Source: the human T2T-CHM13v2.0 reference genome, Homo sapiens. From it: a DNA stretch of 64,000 nt. The stretch is taken from the NCBI RefSeq assembly GCF_009914755.1, contig NC_060928.1; one strand, 5' to 3'. Below, in pieces: positions 13,215 through 25,317 of the stretch (position 1 is its first letter; each line of letters starts with the position of its first letter). The notes beneath the pieces were generated by a model. That model had not been told where the DNA came from. It searched no databases and saw only the letters and a list, made by a program, of their open reading frames with translations. The translations under genes were made by a program, and so were the position numbers.

Positions 13215-14244
13215 GTCCTACTGCTGGATCATCTGGTTAGTGGCTTCTGACTCAGAGGACCTTCATCCCCTGGGGAAGTGGGCCTCCAACTGATTCCCTT
13301 GACATAAGGGGCATGGACGAGACGGTGGCTTATTGCTATTCAAACAATCTTTTTTAAAGTGTCCTTGTAGACTGTACTGGAAGCAAGCCCTTAAGCATTC
13401 GATTTGCTCAGGCTTTCCATGTTCCAGAGCCTCCAAAGTCTGCTTGCCTGAGGGCCATGACTAAAGCAGTGGCCTTTTTTTTTTTTTATCTCGTTTGTCC
13501 TGTTCCACCTGCTCCTCCTGATCTCTATTATAAAAAACCCAGGTTGCCAAGTTCAATAGGGTTTTTAAGTTTTGCTCCAGGCCTAAGGCAGACTTTTGAA
13601 GTTTTTTTAAACGTCTGCCGCTGACTGAGTGATAAACTTATCCTTTAAAATTAGTTGGCCTTCAATAGAGTCAGGTGACAGAGAGGTATGCTTCCTTAAT
13701 GCCTCCCTTAGCCTGTCCAGAAAGGCAGTAGGATTTTCTTCCTTTCCCTGTGTTATAGTGGACATCATTGAATAACTCACAGGCTTCTTCCTAGTTTTTG
13801 TTAGTCCTTCTAGCACGCAAGTTAGCAAATGTCTGCAGCACCAATCTCCTTGTTCTGATTCTGCATTCCAACGAGGGTTTACACTGGGAACTACCTGCTG
13901 GCCTGTGGGGAATTGTTCTCTTTCCTCTGTTGTCATCCTATCATTGACCTGACTGAGACACCAGAGATCGCCAAACTCTCGGGCTGCAGTTATGGTGGCA
14001 CTTCTCTCATTTGGGGTTAGTGTCTGATCTAGCAGTAACATTATATCTCTCCATGTCAGATTCAAGGATTGTCCTAACTCTTGTAAAACATCAATATAGC
14101 CATCAGGGTTGTTTGAGAATTTACCTAGGTCTATTTTAATTTGCTTTAAGTCTGACAGGGAAAAAGGTACATGCACTCTGACTGGGCCGAATTCTCCAGA
14201 ATACATCTTAGGGGCATTTTTGCCAAAGGGAGAATGTTTCCCAT
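13215..14244 (-). pseudogene. gag: HERV-W gag remnant
   Basis: ATG at 14244 (MGNI..); capsid peptide VHVPFSLSDLKQIKIDLGKFS and major homology region ITQGKEENPTAFLDRL; mutated Zn knuckle CFQYSLQGHFKKDC at ~13345-13386. Confidence 0.9.
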
Positions 14245-15361
14245 CTGAAAAAAAAAAAAAAAAACATAGGGATGCCAGCACCCCTAGTCATTTTCCAATG
14301 AGCATTAGTCCTAGAGCATCCTCTATGGTCCTAATGCTTATTTCTTTCCAGGGTGCATAACCACCCATGGACCTCTGCTTATTGGATTACTTACACTCAC
14401 TGATGTAGCAGTCCTGCACATGTTTTCCCGCCTTTCTGGACCACAAAGAAAGGGGTCTAGGCTGCTGGATTCTAGTGGTCCTTTACCAGCTTGCCCAACA
14501 TTGCCTTTGCACTCAGGGGTGAGTTCTAGAGCTGGGCTGTGTTCCTGAGTATTTCATAACAACCCAGCTGCCCTATCAGTATGCATTCCCATAAACAACA
14601 GTTCTTATGCAAATTTGTTTCAGAGAGGGTGTAGTAAGGATTTTGAGTAAGGATTGAGTAAGGATTGAGATAGAGTTTTTTGATTCTGTAAGTACTTTAA
14701 GGCTTGGCTGAGTGCAAACAGCTTGCACATTTGAGCAGACCAATTATTACGCAATTTTCCTAACTCTGTTTCCACAAGAGTCTCCCTATCAATTACTGAA
14801 TACCCATTGTGGTTTTTTTTCTCAATCACTGGGAGGAGCCATGTATCTTCCTGTCCTGAAGGGAGTTCCTCTTAGGTCTGGTCGTACCTTTGTATGGTAA
14901 TTAAGATTTAAATCCCCTGTTAGGAAATCTGCTAGGTTAAGGGATTTTTCAGTGGTTAATGTAAAATCACCTTTTTCTAACAGAACAGCCCCATACTTTA
15001 AGATTTTTGAGTTAGTAAGCTACCTTTTTGCTTTTTTGACTTAGAATAATTTTGAACTGGTGAGGTGTGCTCACAATGAGGTTTCCTCTAAAAGTTACTT
15101 TTCTACTTTGTTCCTTTAGCAAAGCAGTTGCCACTACAGATTGAATGCATTTGGGCCATCTGCTGGTTCCTGGGTTAAGGATTTTTGATAGGAAGGCTAC
15201 TGGTTGTCAGTGGTTTCAGTGTTTTCAGGCTATGCCATTGTTTACACTGACAAGGTAGTATTGGAGTGTTACAGGGTCATGGAGATGACCTTCAATTATC
15301 AATTATAGGTTTTAAATTTACCCCGGCTTTTAAAAGAATAGGGCACACTGTTTTTTCTTTA

Positions 15362-15406
15362 CTACTCTATCTCTTTTTCTCTCTCTCCTTCTCTTTTCTC
15401 TCTATG

Positions 15407-15437
<31 letters not shown>

Positions 15438-15445
15438 TCTCTCCT
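15362..15445. repeat. (CT)n/AG-rich tract in the HERV-W 5' leader
   Basis: Direct CT repeats in the ~2-kb pre-gag leader, a known HERV-W feature. Confidence 0.85.
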
Positions 15446-16325
15446 TGACTTACTCAATTCACTTTCATCCTGATCTATTATGTTGTCATAGACCCATTTC
15501 CAGTTGTTAAAGTACTGGGCCATCAGTTCTAAGGCCCTGGCCAAGGAGCCAAGGCTTGGAGATTGTATTGCTGAGGGGTAAGCTGGGTAGAAATCAGGGG
15601 AGGAGAGCATCTTACACAATGGGAGAGCAATCCTCCTAGCCATTTACAAACTTGGGGCCCTGGCAAGGGTGGTGGGGAACAGGTCCCATATAACTGCCCA
15701 TGTCGAGAGCTGCATGCCTAAATTGGGAGAGACACCAGGGACAAGATTCCCTGGGTTCATAGCCTAGATGCCTAGGGACAGAGCATAGAGCTTCTTTAGA
15801 TCCCTTGGGAGATACAACTTGCTCTAATACTTAGGAGAGGAAATGAAAGTCTGAACCATTAGTACCTAGGAGGCAGGGATCAGAGGAAGTAGATTCAGAG
15901 GTACGGAGAATTTTCGGGCTACACTTTCAAAAAAGTCATGGTTGGGGCCCAGGAGGTATGGGTCAGAAGGAAAGGGTTGCATGCATGGGCGACTGTTGAG
16001 TAGAGACTTCTGGCTGCGCCACGATCTCAACCAGCTAATGGGAGGAGTTCGGGATGACAGCTTTCTGCCTCTAGTCGGCCCTCAGCTTCCCCAGGAAAAT
16101 TGAAAGTGGAAGCTGGTTCCAGGCAGACCAACGCTCCCAACCCAGAAGGGTTGGGGGTTGTTAGAAAGCCCTTTCCCAGAGAGCCTCACACCTGGGTCTT
16201 AAGTCCGGTGGCCACACTAATTGTTTTTAACTAGCTGACAGGTGCCGGTATTTTCCTCCAATTCTGAGGAAGGATAGGACAGAATAGCAAATGAAAGTGG
16301 TCCCGTATTACCCACCACTTTGGAA

Positions 16326-16343
16326 GTCCCTTTGTGGTCACCA
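16326..16343 (-). other. Primer-binding site, tRNA-Arg-like
   Basis: TGGTGACCACAAAGGGAC 3 nt after the U5 end (...taaca). Confidence 0.75.
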
Positions 16344-16346
16344 AAA

Positions 16347-16863
16347 TGTTACCAGGGGGGTGGTCCTTGTTCTTAGAGCTCCCAAGATGGTGGTGGGCCA
16401 CTTCCAAGATGGCGGCAAGCCTCTTGTTCTCTGACCTGGAGTTCTTGGCCTCACGGATTCCAAGGAATGGAATTTTGGGCCATGCGGTGAGTGTTATAGC
16501 TCTATTAGAAGCCGTGGGTCACAGAAGAGATCCATGGAACATAGTGACTAGTATTCAGCTCGATTAGGATGAACTGATTAGGATGAACCAGGGCACTTAG
16601 CCATGCAGGAACAATGATGAACCTTTAGCCCGAATGGGAGTGGCAATGGGTGCCTCACTGGATCAGGAGCACAGTGGACACCCTGCCAGATCTGGAGGGT
16701 GGAAGTCAGTGGTGGGTCTGCAACAGCGGCAAACAGCAGTGGTGGATGGTGAGCAAAAGCTTGAGCTGTAACAAACACGGGCCAGAAGAGTGTGCAGTTG
16801 CAAGGTTTAATAGAGTGAAAACAGAGCTCCCATAAAATGGGAGGGGACCCAAAGTGGGTTGCC
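16347..16863 (-). promoter_or_regulatory. 5' LTR17 R-U5 (U3 absent)
   Basis: Starts ggcaacccactttgggtcccctccc (R, repeated at 9951-10017) and ends ...ccctggtaaca. Confidence 0.9.
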
Positions 16864-16883
16864 TGACATTTCTAAAAGTTCTT
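16864..16883. repeat. TSD of HERV-W retrocopy (right copy)
   Basis: Identical to 9916-9935. Confidence 0.95.
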
Positions 16884-16892
16884 GTTCCAACA

Positions 16893-17083
16893 CAATAGGT
16901 GGCAAACTGCAGCTGCCTGTTTCTATAAATTTGTTTTATTGGAACAGAGCCACACCCATATGTTGATATTGTCAGTAGTGACTTTCATGCTACCCTGGCA
17001 ATTTAGTAGTTTTGACTATACTGTCTGGAAAGCCAAAGATAGTTACTGTCTGGACCTTTAAGAAAAATTTTTCTGATCCCTAT
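16893..17083 (+). mobile_element. MER58A-like hAT-Charlie MITE
   Basis: ggtggcaaact...ttttattggaacagagccacacccat...tactgtctggacctttaagaaaaattttt...gatcccta. Confidence 0.65.
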
Positions 17084-17484
17084 TGGAAGTACTCAGACTT
17101 CACCTATGTTTACTTACCTGGACTCTTCTAAAAATAAGTAATCTCACACTTGAATTTTTCAGAGCTAATGTTACTTTAATAACTTTCCTTGTAATCATAT
17201 TTTAAAATAGTTTAAAGTATTTTGAATAAGGAAACTAGGAATAAAATACACACAGTTTATTGATTTCCTCTTCCCACAAATTTGCTACTATATGCTTCCA
17301 AATAATAATTCTCTTTCACATAAGCTCATCTGGTCTCAATTTTAAACATAAAATTTTCAAAGAGGGTATAGTGAACAAAAATGTGATACCTGGCAACATG
17401 GAATGAGATGAAATTTAGTCTGTGGGTTTCAATTAATATTCTATAAATCCTTCATATCCTTTGCCTCTTTGTCCCAGTATACAG

Positions 17485-17789
17485 TTTTTTTTGTTTGTTT
17501 TGTTTATTTTTTTGAGGCAGGATCTCAGTCTGTCACCCAAGCTGAAGTGCAGTGATGCCATCACAGCTCACTGCAGCTTTGACTTCCCTGGGCTCAGGTG
17601 ATCCTCCTGCCTCAGTCTCCCGAGTAGCTGGGACTACTGGCATGCACCATCATGTCCCACTAATTTTTGTAGTTTTTTTTTTGTTTCACCATGTTGCTCA
17701 GTCTTGTCTCGTACTTCTGGGCTCAAGCAATCCATCTGCCTCAGCCTCCAAAAGTGATGGGATTACAGGCGTTAGCCATCATGTCCAAC
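17485..17789 (-). mobile_element. AluJ-like
   Basis: T-rich tail, gaggcaggatctcagtctgtcaccc...ctgggctcaagcaatcc. Confidence 0.9.
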
Positions 17790-19325
17790 TATATAGAGTC
17801 TTAAGATGTTAACTATTCTCTGTATTTACCCCATTATATTTCGGTTTTACCAATTTTCTGAATTTAACACTCCTATCACTATTATTTGCAAATGGTGACA
17901 AAGGAAAATCCTGCTTTGGAAATGATTGAGGATTTTAATAAGCTCAAGTTTTGACTCCTTGATACTTGAGTAACAGACAATTCCTAGAGTAATGTGAAAG
18001 ACAATGAACTCCATCAAGTCTTTTAGATTTCTTGGTAGTAGAAGTCAGTGGAAATCAACATATGTGATACATATAAACAAAGGAAACTTAGGGTTGTTTT
18101 CTAACAGAAACCATATTTAAACATTTAAAATTATGTTTTAAATTCCTCATGTCTACCTTTATTTTTTTAAGCCACAGAATGATATGATTGCTAAAAGGGC
18201 ACTTTACAAAGCTGGAGAAATTTATTGTCTAGTAATATCAGTATTAATATAATAAGAACATCATAGAGAGGTTCAGAAATCTGTTTTAAGATGAAACCTC
18301 ATATGGCAGAAGGAAAGAAACCACAATCTGGAGAATTTAATTGGAACAAGTATCTAGTTTTAATTACAGTTTTGCAAATGTGCAGCTATAATAACTACAT
18401 TTCCTTGATGTATATTTTCATAAGGAATCCATAAAATAAATTCAAAGGCAAGCAGATTGCTATCACTAATAACATCATTTCTCCTTAGAAACAGAATACA
18501 ATTTCTAAATATTGTTTTGTGAAAAACAGATTAATGGCCCCGTCTGAAGGCACCATACAACATTTAAGTATTTTCTACATTTCTTGTTTGAAATGTCTTT
18601 CTTTATGGCTTTTATCAAAGGGTTAGAAAAAAGTAATCCCATAAAGATACTTGATTAGCTTGGTTAATTTCAATATCTCTAGTCTTCTCTAGATGGCAGT
18701 CATGCTACAGGGATTTAAAAACTGTTCTTGTTGAAATCCACATTAAGAATGCTCCAGAATTTCTGTATCTGGGTTTTTTTTTTGTTTGTTTGTCACAGTC
18801 CTCAAATAATGCTGATGAGAATGTTAAGCCTAGGAAAATGACAGAACTGTGATAAAATAGAATGGATATAGTGAATGATGCACATCTTAGGGCTTTACAT
18901 TGGGACATGAAAACAAGGGGCATAAAGAGTACATAGAGAATGAGGGAAAATAAAATCCACAGACTAAAATTTGATCCTAGTCTATGTTGCCAGCTATCAC
19001 ATATTTTGTACATTGTTTCCTCTTTGAAGACTTCAAACTTAAAAAATGAAGCCAGTTGTTGTTATGTGAAGGAGAATGACTATTTGGAAGTGCATGAATT
19101 TGAATTTGGGGCAAGAGAAAATCCAATCACATTTTATATATCTTCTGCATTCCATTCTTAGTCTTCTATATCCAGAGGACTTCCAGTCACTAAAAAACAC
19201 AATTAAAAGCAAAGTGTCATTAATGCAACATTGGTTTTTGAGAAGCTCTAGTGCAATGTGAGGATTGAGTCCAGGTAAACTTAGATGAAATTGGTGCTCC
19301 TTAAGAGCAAAAGTTATTGCTTTTA

Positions 19326-20782
19326 AAAGCTGGAGGTATCGTGCTACCTGACTCCAAACTATACTGCAGGGCTCCAGTAACCAAAACAGCATGGTACTGG
19401 TACAAGAACAGACACATAGACCAAAGGAACAGGATAGAGGGCCCAGAAATAAGACTGCACACATGCAACTATCCGATCTTTGACAAACATGACAAAAAAA
19501 AAAAAAAAAAAGCAATGGGGAAAGGATTCCCTATTCAATAAATGGTGCTGGGATAACTGGCTAGTGATATGCAGATCGAGACTGAATCCCTTGTTTATGC
19601 CATATACAAAAATTAACACAAGATGGATTAAAGACCTAAATGTAAAGCCCCAAATTATAAAAACCCTGGAAGACAACCTAGGCAATACCATTCAGGACAT
19701 TGGCATGGGCAAAGATTTCATGACAAAGATGCCAAAAGCAATTGCAACAAAAACAAAAATTGACAAATGGGATTGAATAAACTTAAGAACTTCTATAAAG
19801 AGCAATTATCAACAGAGTAAACAGACAACCTATAGAATAGGAGAATATTTTTGCAAACCATGCATCCAACAAAGGTCTAATATCCAGCATCTATGAGAAA
19901 CTTAAACAAATTTACAAGAAAAAATAAAACCAAACAATTTTATACAAAAGTGAGCAAGGGACGTGAACATTTTTCAAAAGAAGATATGCATACAGCCAAC
20001 AATCATATGAACAAAAGTTCAACATCACTGATTATTAGAGAAATGCAAATCAAAACCACAATGAGATACCATCTAACACCGGTCAGAATGGCTACTATTA
20101 AAAAGTCAAAAAATAACAGATGCTGGTGAGGTTTTGGAGAAAAAGGAATGTTTATACACTCTTAATGAGATTGTAAATTAGTTCAGCCATTTTAGTAGAC
20201 AGTGTGGTGATTCCTCAAAGACCTAAACCCAGAAATACCATTTGACCCAACAATCCCATTACTGGGTATGTACCCAAAGAAATAGAAATCATTCTATTAC
20301 AAAGACACATGCCGTGTATGTTCATTGCAGTACTATTCAAAGTAGCAAAGACATGGAATCAACATAAATGTCCATCAATGATAGACTGGATAAAGAAAAT
20401 GTGGTACATAGACACCATGGAATACTATGCAACCATAAAGAAGAGTGAGATCATGTCCTTTGCGGGGACATGAATGGAGCTGGAGGCCATTATCCTTAGT
20501 AAACTAACACAAGAAGAGAAAGCCAAATACCACATGTTTTCATTTGTAAGTCAGAGCTAAATGATGAGAAGACAAGACACGGACACATAGAGGAGAACAA
20601 CACACCCTGGGTTTTTTTCGGAGGGCTGAGGGTGTGAGGAGGGAGAGAATCAGGAAAAACAATAATGGGTACTAGCCTGGCTTAATATCTATGTGATGAA
20701 ATAATCTATACAAAAAAACCCCATGACACAAGTTTATCTATGTAACAAACCTTCACTTGTATCCCTGAACTTAAAAGTTAAA
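19326..20782 (+). mobile_element. 5'-truncated L1PA (about L1PA10-13)
   Basis: ORF2 C-terminal peptides ([21 protein letters not shown]); 3'UTR; TSD aaaagttattg(c)tttta at 19309-19325 and 20783-20798. Confidence 0.92.
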
Positions 20783-22484
20783 AAAAGTTATTGTTTTATG
20801 ATAATAATCTTTAACTTGCCGATTTTAAGTGACTTTTTGAATGTGAACCTTGAGGAAAATTTATCACGTAGCATACATTCAACATATAACAAGTATTTTT
20901 TGACTGCTTATTATATAGCAAACGCTGTGCCTAGAAACTTAGCCCAATAGCCTGATGAATGTATGCTCTGCCAGAACAGATAAACTCGAAGTCAAATAGG
21001 ACTCCTTTTTTGTTGTTTTGTGGTTACAGTAATAAATGGAGAGGAATTGAGTAGATCTAATTAGATTTTTCCACCATGGTGTCTATCTAGGACTGGGATT
21101 TAATAAACTAATGATAATATCAACAAAACCACATTAAATAATTTATTGTATATGTAAATGGGCTACATGATTCAAATATATTATCTATGCTTATTATATG
21201 AATTCAGAAAGGTGAATACTAATATCATTATAGATAATGAAACTTACAGTAAAATGGCTTTCCCAGGAGCACAAAACAGAAAACCAATTTCAGTTGGAAT
21301 TTTTATAACTATAAGGCTTATGTTCTCACCACACCATGTTGCTTCCTATTCAGAGCTACCTTATTGTGTGCATTAAAAAAATCTGAGAACATCAGATTGA
21401 TTCTTTCATGCAGAGGTGTTGGGATAATACGTATGTCCTTTCACAGGTTGATTTGTATTTAAGAAGATTGGGAAGATCAATGATTAACTTAATAGGCTTT
21501 CTTTCTGATGATGAACTGTTTCAGAATAGTAAGAGAGATGTGTTGCCATGAAAAATATTTTCCTTATTACTTATATGAAGTATGCCAGTGACTCTTACCT
21601 CACTGGTTCTGATGTAACTTAAAATGTAGCACAAAGGAAAAATAAAAAATTACCCATTGCTGAAGAAGTAAATTCCAGTGCGATGCCAGCCCCTGCAGTC
21701 CCAGGAACCAGGCTTGCACCTGTGAACTGTGATTCCAGGCCAGAGCTTGTGGAACAAGAACCCATGCCCACCCTTGCAGACTCACGCTTCTAGATAGCCC
21801 AGTGTTAGGCCAGTCCCTACAGTCTTAAGCTTCAGGTTGGCTCACACAGCCCCAAGCACTAACTTGGCACCTGTGAACCCAGAACCCAGGTCCACATCCA
21901 TGAACTGAGACTCTAAAGTCCACCCACATGGATCCAAGCACCAGCCCAGCCTGCCCAAGTACTCCAGCAGCAAGCTAGCCAGTGGACCTCAATGGCCAGC
22001 CCACCTAGAATGCTTGGATACACTGATTGGCAAATAGCTTTTCCTGCCAAAGCTAATGGATAAAGACTGAAAGAAGTGTCTACTTTCTCAAATGTATAGA
22101 CACCAATGCAAGGCCTCAAAAATTACGAATAAGCAAGGAAACCATGACACCACCAAAAGAACAAAACAAAGAATCACAAACTGACCCTATAGAAATGGAG
22201 AGCTATTAACTGTGAGGTAAAGAATTCAAAACAGGTATTATTAAAAACTCAATGAGCTATAACAGAATGCAGATAGACAAGAAAATGAAGTCAAGGAAAC
22301 AATATGTGAATAAAATGAGAAGTTTTATAAAGTGAGAAACCATAAAAAAGAACCAAATAGAAATTTGGAGCTAAAAAGCACAAGGATTCAGTTGAAACAT
22401 TTCATGAACAGCTTCAACAGTGACTTGATCAAGTAGAAGAAACAATCAGCAAAGCTCAGAGACAGGTCATTTGATATTATCCAG

Positions 22485-22857
22485 TGATATGGTTTGGCTC
22501 TGTGTCCCCACCCAAATCTCATGTTCAATTGTAATCCCCAGTGTTGGGGGAGGAACCTGGTGGGAGGTGATTGATTGCATCATGGGAGTGGATTTCCTCC
22601 TTGCTGTTTTCATGATAGTGAGTGAATTTGCGCAAGATCTGGTTGTTTAAAAGTGTATGGCACTTCCCTTTTCTCTCTCTTTGTTCTGCTTTGGCCGTGT
22701 GATCATATGCCTTGCTTCCTCTTTGCCCTCCGCCATGATTGTAAATTTTCTGAGGCCTCCCCAGCCATGTGGAACTGTGAGTCAATTAAAGCTTTCTTCT
22801 TCTTATGTTACCCAGTCTCATGTACTTCTTTATAGTGTGTGAAAGTGGACTAATACA
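22485..22857 (+). mobile_element. MSTA-like MaLR solo LTR
   Basis: tgatatggtttggctctgtgtcccc ... ggactaataca; 5-bp TSD tccag/cccag. Confidence 0.88.
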
Positions 22858-23401
22858 CCCAGCTGGAGAGAAAGAAAAAGGAATAAAGAAGAGTCAAGAA
22901 AAGCTATGGGACTTACTGAGACAACATCAAGTGAACTGATGTGCACATCAGGAAATCCCGGATGGAGCAAAGAAAGAGAAGAGGCAGAAAGCTTATTCAA
23001 AATAATGACAGAAAACTTACCTAAAGCTTATTCAAAGTAATAAAGACAGAAAACTTCCCCAAACTGTAGATGGAAGTGAACATTGAGATCCTTGAGAACT
23101 TCAAGTGCACTAAACATAAAGAGATCTTCACCAAGATACATTATAATCAAACTCTCAAAAATGAAAAAGGTAACTTTGAAAGTAGCCAGAGAAAAATGCC
23201 TCGTTATATACAAGGGAACATGATACACTACATTAACAGAATAAAGAACAGCAGTCATGTAATTATCTCAATAGATGCAGAAAAAGCATCTGCCAAAATT
23301 CAAGACTATTTTATGATAAAAATTCTCAAAAAATTTAGTATAGAAGAAATGTAAATCAGTACAATGAAGGCCATATATGAGAAATTCACAGCTATCCCAT
23401 T

Positions 23402-23857
23402 CTTTTTTCCCCTTTTTTTTACTTTAAGTTCTGGGATACATGTGCAGAATGTGCAGGTTTGTTGCATAGGTATACATGTGTCATGGTGGTTTGCTGCCCC
23501 TATCAACCCATCATCTAGGTTTTAAGCCCCGCATGCATGAAGTATTTGTCCTAATACTCTCCTTCCCCTTTCCCGCCACTGCCTGACAGGTCCTAGTGTG
23601 TCAATATTCTACTGCCTGTGTCCATGTCTTATCATTGTTCAACTCTCACTTATGAGTGAGAACAGGTGGTGTTTGGTTTTCTGTTCCTGTGTTAGTTTGC
23701 TGGGAATGATGGCTTCCAGTTTCATCCATGTCTCTGCAAAGGACATGAACTCATTCTTTTTTATGGCTGCATAGTATTCCATGGTGTATATGTGTCACAT
23801 TTTCTTTATCCAGCCTGTCACTGATGGGCATTTGGGTTGGTTCCAAGTCTTTGCTAT
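23402..23857 (-). mobile_element. L1PA 3' fragment (about L1PA7-8) nested antisense
   Basis: ttttactttaagttctgggatacatgtgcag ... ggttccaagtctttgctat; degenerate TSD ending cattctt. Confidence 0.9.
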
Positions 23858-24156
23858 AGATAACATTCTTAATGGTTTAAAGTTGAAAGTTTTTCTTCTA
23901 AGATCAGGAGCAAGATCAAAATTCCTGTTGTCACCACTTATATTTAATGTAAGACTGGAAGTCTTAGCCAGAGCAATTAATAAGAAAATGAAATAAAAGG
24001 CATCCAAATAAAAAAAGTTAACTTCTCTGTTTCCAGATGACATGATCTTAAACATACAAAAATCAGTTGTGTTTCTAGAAACTAACCACAAATTATCTGA
24101 AAAGGAAACTAAGGAACAATATTATTTACAACAGCATGAAAAATACTTAGGAATAA

Positions 24157-24460
24157 GACTGGGTGCAGTGGCTTATGCCTGTACTCCTGGTACTTTGAGA
24201 TGCTGAGGTTGGAGAATTGCTTGAGCCCAGGAGTTTGAGACCAGCCTGAGCAACATGGCAAGACCCAATCACTACAAAAAATTAAAAAAAATTAGCCAAG
24301 TGTGGTGGGGTGCACTTGTGGTTTCAGTTACTTGGGAGCGCTGAGGTGGGAGGGTCACTTGAGCTCAGGAGATTGAGGCTGAAGTGAGCTGTGTTTGTGC
24401 CACTGTACTCCAGCCTGGGTGACAGAGTGAGACCCTGTCTCAAAACAAACAAGCAAATCA
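24157..24460 (+). mobile_element. AluJ-like
   Basis: ctgggtgcagtggcttatgcctgta...ttgagcccaggagtttgag...gagaccctgtctcaaaac. Confidence 0.9.
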
Positions 24461-25039
24461 AAACTTAGAAATGAACTTTACTAAGGATGTTGAAGATCTG
24501 TACACTGAAAACCACCAAACAATGGTGGAAAAAATTGAAGAAGAAACCAGCAAATGGAAAACTTTCCTGAGTTTGTGGATTGAAAGAATTAATACTGTTA
24601 AATGTCCATACTATGCAAAGTTATCTATAGATTCATGCACACCTCATCAAAATTCCAACTACACTTTTTATAGAAACAGAAAAAGAATCCTACATATATA
24701 TGGAACCAAAAAGACCTCAAATAGCGAAAGCAATCTTGAGCAAAAAGAGCAAAGTTGGAGGCGTCACACTACCTAAATTCAAAGTAGACTAGAAAGCTAT
24801 AGCATACAAACAATATGGCTCTGGCATAAAAACAGACACACAGATCAGTGGAACTGCAGAAAAATTTCACGAATAAATCCACACATTTATGGTCAATTGA
24901 CTTGTGACAAAGGTGCCAAGAACACACTGTGGGGGAAAGGAGAGTCTCTTCCACTAATGTTGTTGAGAAAACTGGATATTTGCATGTGGAAGAATGAAAT
25001 TGCACCATTATATCACATTGTATAAAAAAATCAACTCGA

Positions 25040-25317
25040 GGCCAGAAGTGATGGCTCATGCCTGTAATCCCAGCACTTTGGGAAGCCAACATGGGTGGAT
25101 CACTGGAGGTCAGGAGTTTGAGACCAGCCTGGCCAACATGTTGAAACCCCATCTTTACTAAAAATACAATAATTAGCTGGGCATAGTGGCAGATGCCTGT
25201 AATCCCAGCTACTTGGGAGGCTGAGGCAGGAGAATCACTTGGACACAGGAGGCGGAGGTTGCAGGAGCCAAGATCACACCATTGCACTCCAGCCTGGGTG
25301 ACAATAATGAAACTCCA
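25040..25317 (+). mobile_element. AluS with essentially no poly(A) tail
   Basis: Alu body; perfect TSD taaaaaaatcaactc at 25023-25037 and 25318-25332. Confidence 0.92.

Larger units (their letters stand above)
9936..16863 (-). mobile_element. HERV-W (HERV17/LTR17) L1-mediated processed pseudogene
   Basis: 5' LTR lacks U3, 3' LTR lacks U5, poly(A) remnant 9936-9948, 20-bp TSD; gag/pro/pol/env relics with syncytin-like peptides. Confidence 0.95.
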
